A stretch of 62,730 nucleotides of DNA, filler included, from Aduncisulcus paluster (taxonomy: Eukaryota), in NCBI GenBank assembly GCA_024181965.1. It is 9 parts of 9 records of this genome, joined end to end, with 100 filler letters (N's around TTAATTAATTAA, not from the genome) between each part and the next. Parts side by side here need not be neighbours in the genome. Positions count along the whole stretch, not along the records: positions 53,016 to 59,329 come from BQXS01011310.1; positions 59,430 to 62,730 come from BQXS01011314.1; 7 more parts are not named here. One strand, given 5' to 3'. The notes under the pieces are model-generated. The model saw only the letters and a program-made list of their open reading frames with translations. It was not told where the DNA came from and made no database searches. Made by a program: the position numbers and the translations under genes. Every line of letters starts with the position of its first letter. Position 1 is the stretch's first letter. Shown piece by piece: positions 59,001 to 62,730 of this stretch.

Positions 59001-59329
59001 CTTGACCATGGATAGTTGTGACCTTAGCAGTGGCACATCCGATTTGTTCGAGCTGTTTGTTAACCTCGAGTTCTTGAGTATCAACGACACGCAGCTTCCT
59101 GATCCTGATTTGTTGTCCACGAACACTGGCCTTGTTGAGTTGCATGCTGACGAGAATGGATGGTACAGCGTGTATCCCCTGCGTAACCATGAGGAGTTGG
59201 AGGTTCTGAGTCTGAAGACGAACAATATCTCTGATCCATCGCCCCTGTACAAACTGAAGAACACGCTCACGACACTTGACTTGACTGATAACTTGATCTG
59301 TGGAAGTGGCGTTGCTGCAGCTATCGATC
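53016..59329 (+). CDS. Very large LRR / EGF-like Cys-rich surface protein, partial at both ends (>2100 aa)
   Basis: Stop-free 6.3-kb frame; alternating internalin-like LRR blocks (N.IC caps, .PD..LR..C N-caps) and Cys-rich EGF-like modules. Confidence 0.9.
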
Positions 59330-59429
59330 NNNNNNNNNNNNNNNNNNNNNNNNNNNNNNNNNNNNNNNNNNNNTTAATTAATTAANNNNNNNNNNNNNNN
59401 NNNNNNNNNNNNNNNNNNNNNNNNNNNNN

Positions 59430-59514
59430 AATTGGAGTGGGGCTTGCCTCCTCTTATTTGGCTTACCTGGGCTACGCTGAGAAGCACAAGCTGAGTCTTG
59501 GAGCATTATGGTAA
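59430..59514 (+). CDS. C-terminal fragment of a membrane protein
   Basis: IGVGLASSYLAYLGYAEKHKLSLGALW* open from the contig start. Confidence 0.35.
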
Positions 59515-59829
59515 TCTTTAGAATTACAACTTAATTCTTTCACAAACCAAATGTTTGACAAATAAGGCTATGAATATAAACTCCAACCCACCCGAACATA
59601 ATCATCATCCCACAGCAACCAATTTCAGTCCCACCCTAGTGACCCGTCACAAACTTTCCTAATATATACTTTATTCCGCATTGGGTGATTTGGAACAATA
59701 CGAACACCATAAATCTTTATTAGAATATGCTAATCACAATTGAATAAACCCCCCCGAGTCAAAATTACGCAAGTTGCGAAAAAATTACTGTACGTCCTTT
59801 TCTTCCTGATATTCGTATCCAAAAGAAAT

Positions 59830-60894
59830 ATGACGTTAAGCTATTATTTATTTTATCCATCTTACGATGAAGATAATCAACCAAGCGTATATTTATTCAC
59901 TCTAGACTCGGAGCGTAATTATCTTCTTTCTAGTGGTGACGCTGAAGGATGTTCTGATTCTTCAACGGATGAAGTCCTTACAATCGCCGAGTATCCATTT
60001 CTTGAAGATCCCCATTTACGTTTTTCTTGGGAATCTAAGGAGAACCTGTCGATCATTCTTCAAGAAGGAGTTTCTAATCCTTCAAGTATAAATATCGATG
60101 GAAAATCGATTCCTATTGACAAAGAAAAGGGTGTTGTCCTTGATAAAGAATCTTTAGATAAAAATCCGTGTATAATATCCTTTTTCAATCATCAAAATCA
60201 TGAAAAATCCTGTATTTTGATTTCAAACTCATTAAATGAACCAGATAAAGAGTATTGTGATATGCTCTATGAATCTTTATTGTTTGTTCCCAAACCTATA
60301 GCCACTGAAAAAGAGGAAGAATCGTCAGCTCATCGTGGGACTCGTCGTTCCACTTCAACCAAAAGACCTGTGAGACACATGTCGATTGAAGAAACCACTC
60401 GTTCCTTATCTAAATACTCGACAGAACAGAAGTCATTGATCCAACAAGCTAGAAAAGAGCTGTCAGTACCCATTCGCATCAAGTTATACAGGAAAATCAG
60501 GGATATCATGGCTCTTGACGATGCTATAGAGTTTAGAAAGCCGGTATATGAGCGTTATCCCGATATCCGTGAGATGTATATATCTCAGATCTCACATCCC
60601 ATGGATTTGCGTCTTCTAGGAGATAAAGTTATGTGCAGAGACTGTAGATATCTTGGAGAACTCGTGTTTCTTAGTGAACTTATCTGGAAAAACTCTATAG
60701 CATTCACACCAGAGCACCATATGAAAGAATTAGCAGAGATGTTACGGGATAGGCTTATTGAAGCTTTTGTATCCATCAAGGAGTTGGGAATATCGAAAAA
60801 ACAGTATATGCTCTTGACAAAGCAAACTGATGATATTCTGAGACCAAGGAAGAGGAAAGAAGCAAAAAACTCTTTGAAGAAGGAGAAGAAATAA
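59830..60894 (+). CDS. Bromodomain-containing protein
   Basis: AIEFRKPV...Y...ISHPMDL...LIWKNSIAF...AEML pattern and a basic C-terminal tail. Confidence 0.8.
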   Translation: MTLSYYLFYPSYDEDNQPSVYLFTLDSERNYLLSSGDAEGCSDSSTDEVLTIAEYPFLEDPHLRFSWESKENLSIILQEGVSNPSSINIDGKSIPIDKEKGVVLDKESLDKNPCIISFFNHQNHEKSCILISNSLNEPDKEYCDMLYESLLFVPKPIATEKEEESSAHRGTRRSTSTKRPVRHMSIEETTRSLSKYSTEQKSLIQQARKELSVPIRIKLYRKIRDIMALDDAIEFRKPVYERYPDIREMYISQISHPMDLRLLGDKVMCRDCRYLGELVFLSELIWKNSIAFTPEHHMKELAEMLRDRLIEAFVSIKELGISKKQYMLLTKQTDDILRPRKRKEAKNSLKKEKK

Positions 60895-62730
60895 GAAAGA
60901 GAAGGGAGATAAGTTGCTATATCCAGGTGGCATATATTTGATTGTATTTGACACTGAACAAAAATCTCTTCTCTCTTCTTAGTTTGGTCTTGTTATATTA
61001 CATAACGATTCGCCATTAAAAGCTTCTCTGAAGAATATCTTTGTATCTCTCTTGCATGAAAACTTCGTTCTAACCGATGTTTATGGAGTTTGAAACTCTC
61101 CGACGCTTCCAGACAACTCTAAGAATTGCTCCTGGACAACTTTCGCGTCTTAGATCGATATTATGCTCCGTTAGATATCTCCGCAAATCTTTTCATGAAC
61201 ATACCCCGTCCGTCAACACTTTTCCCACTTTTAGTCTATAATATACAACTGTATAGTGACTCCAACATCTCCACTGTGGAAGTGACTTCGAATCTGTGTC
61301 CTTTCCTCACTCTCAGATACTCCTTGGATGAGTCCTTCATTACCTGGAACCACTACAAGTGTCAGCTGTGATTGATGATAAATATCTCATGCCGGCTGAC
61401 CTATAACGGCGAAGAACGATCAATTTCCATCCCTAGGTCAATTAAAGATAATACAACAATAAAAATAACTGTATCGCCAATTTAATCTTTTTTAATCAAT
61501 AAAATCTTCGATCCCAGCAAAATTAATGCTTTATTCAATGATTCAGCTTCGCCAAGCTAATTTTGTTGCTATATCCAATTTAACTGAAAGTGATTCCCAC
61601 CAAATGAATTTTTGCTGCTAATTTCTAACTGAAATATTAACTCCCAAACATCGAAATATGATGTTTCATGCCCTTTCTTGAGATGAGTTTTTTATCAATG
61701 AGAATAAGAGTATAAAACACGATAAAACATCGAGTTCCGGGTCAAAAACATTTTGTGGAGCAAATGGCATGGTTTTATTGCTTTGATTCCCCTCTTTATA
61801 CTGTGCCTTCATTACATCTTCATTGTACAACCTCTCAAGAATATTTTTCCAAATAATTCCCAATATTCCTGGAATATTACGATAAAAACGGAGCTTACAG
61901 TCATTTCAACTCGGTATCCATGCCATTTTTCTTCATCCAATGCTTGTTGTTGTTTATCAATGATATATGTTTGATTTTCGAACCTTTTGACACCGTATTG
62001 TTCTTTTTATTGTCATAAAACTGAACTCAACCGTTTGATATTTACCGTACTACTCCCTAAAATACTGTTACAAATATAAAACACTCAACTTTCTGGTTCT
62101 GTTCGTTGCTCCTGGTTTCCACCCATTATCTCTGAAAGTAATTGAGAAAATGACACAACTGCTCCTCGCTTAACTCATTTGAATCTCGAATAACGCATCA
62201 ATAGCATCAATGACATCAATGATGTTTCCCAATCTGTGTGTCACATCATCTTATTCTTGGATGATGATTCTTGATTCGTGATCTTTCCTTTGTTTTGCCG
62301 AATCCAAGCTTTTCCCTTCTCTCTCTCTCTCTCTCTCTCTGAACAGTTCAAACAACATAAGAAGAGAACTTGATCTGCCCAATGAACTTGATTCTTTTAT
62401 TTTCTGCCAATCTATGTAGTAAATTTCCCCCCTTTTACCCCCATCCGTGGGGGTCCCCCCTGTACGGTGGTTGCACTGTACATTTCTTTAATATATTTTT
62501 TTCCCAAAAAAAACAAACAAACAAAAAAAAATACACAAACTTTCCACCGGCGGTGGCTGAGAAAAGTGGGGGAACCTCTACCAAAAAATTTTTATCTGAT
62601 TCTTTGGTTTTATTTCTACTTGATGCTGTGATACATATACATATATATATCCATACCATGTACATTGGATAGTGTGCTGAATGTGAGAGTAATGAATCGT
62701 CTGTCAGACACTGACAGTGTCACTTCTGAG

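Noticed and set aside
15018-59429. Eight identical TTAATTAATTAA motifs within N runs as a biological repeat
   Set aside because: Synthetic six-frame-stop contig linkers.
61900-62200. Hexamitid-type TAA/TAG=Gln genetic code
   Set aside because: Conserved genes here end in TAA or TAG (PSMA4, pol, PFL, FBPase) and have no internal TAA/TAG.
62420-62730. C/G-run hairpin (CCCCCA-TCCG-TGGGGG) and terminal palindromes
   Set aside because: Too short and cut by the window edge to support a call; may be promoter or TE terminus.

Overview
AT-rich, gene-dense, intron-poor eukaryotic DNA using the standard code. It is not one locus: eight artificial 100-nt linkers (N44-TTAATTAATTAA-N44) join nine contigs, and five 20-N gaps each sit between ~200-300 bp overlap duplications. 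Gene content points to a flagellated anaerobic protist, probably a free-living fornicate such as Aduncisulcus (inference only). Recognisable genes: a Mei2-like RRM protein missed by the ORF track, CFAP210-like, an SPFH protein, PPAT/CoaD, proteasome alpha3, an Mps1-like TPR fragment, GCP3, ACF1/BAZ1-like, HAUS6, DNAAF3, TBCE, a bromodomain protein, two LRR/Cys-rich surface proteins, a bacterial-type class III FBPase and pyruvate formate-lyase. Mobile DNA: a chromovirus-type Ty3/gypsy pol with a ~100-bp LTR, a sister element 117 bp downstream with no visible tRNA primer site, and a 723-bp LTR of another family. The least explained feature is an ~880-nt intergenic segment (8800-9685) that folds into a nested, end-closed structure and carries group I intron-like P/Q/R motifs outside any rDNA. 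All family calls come from motif recognition by eye; no searches were run.
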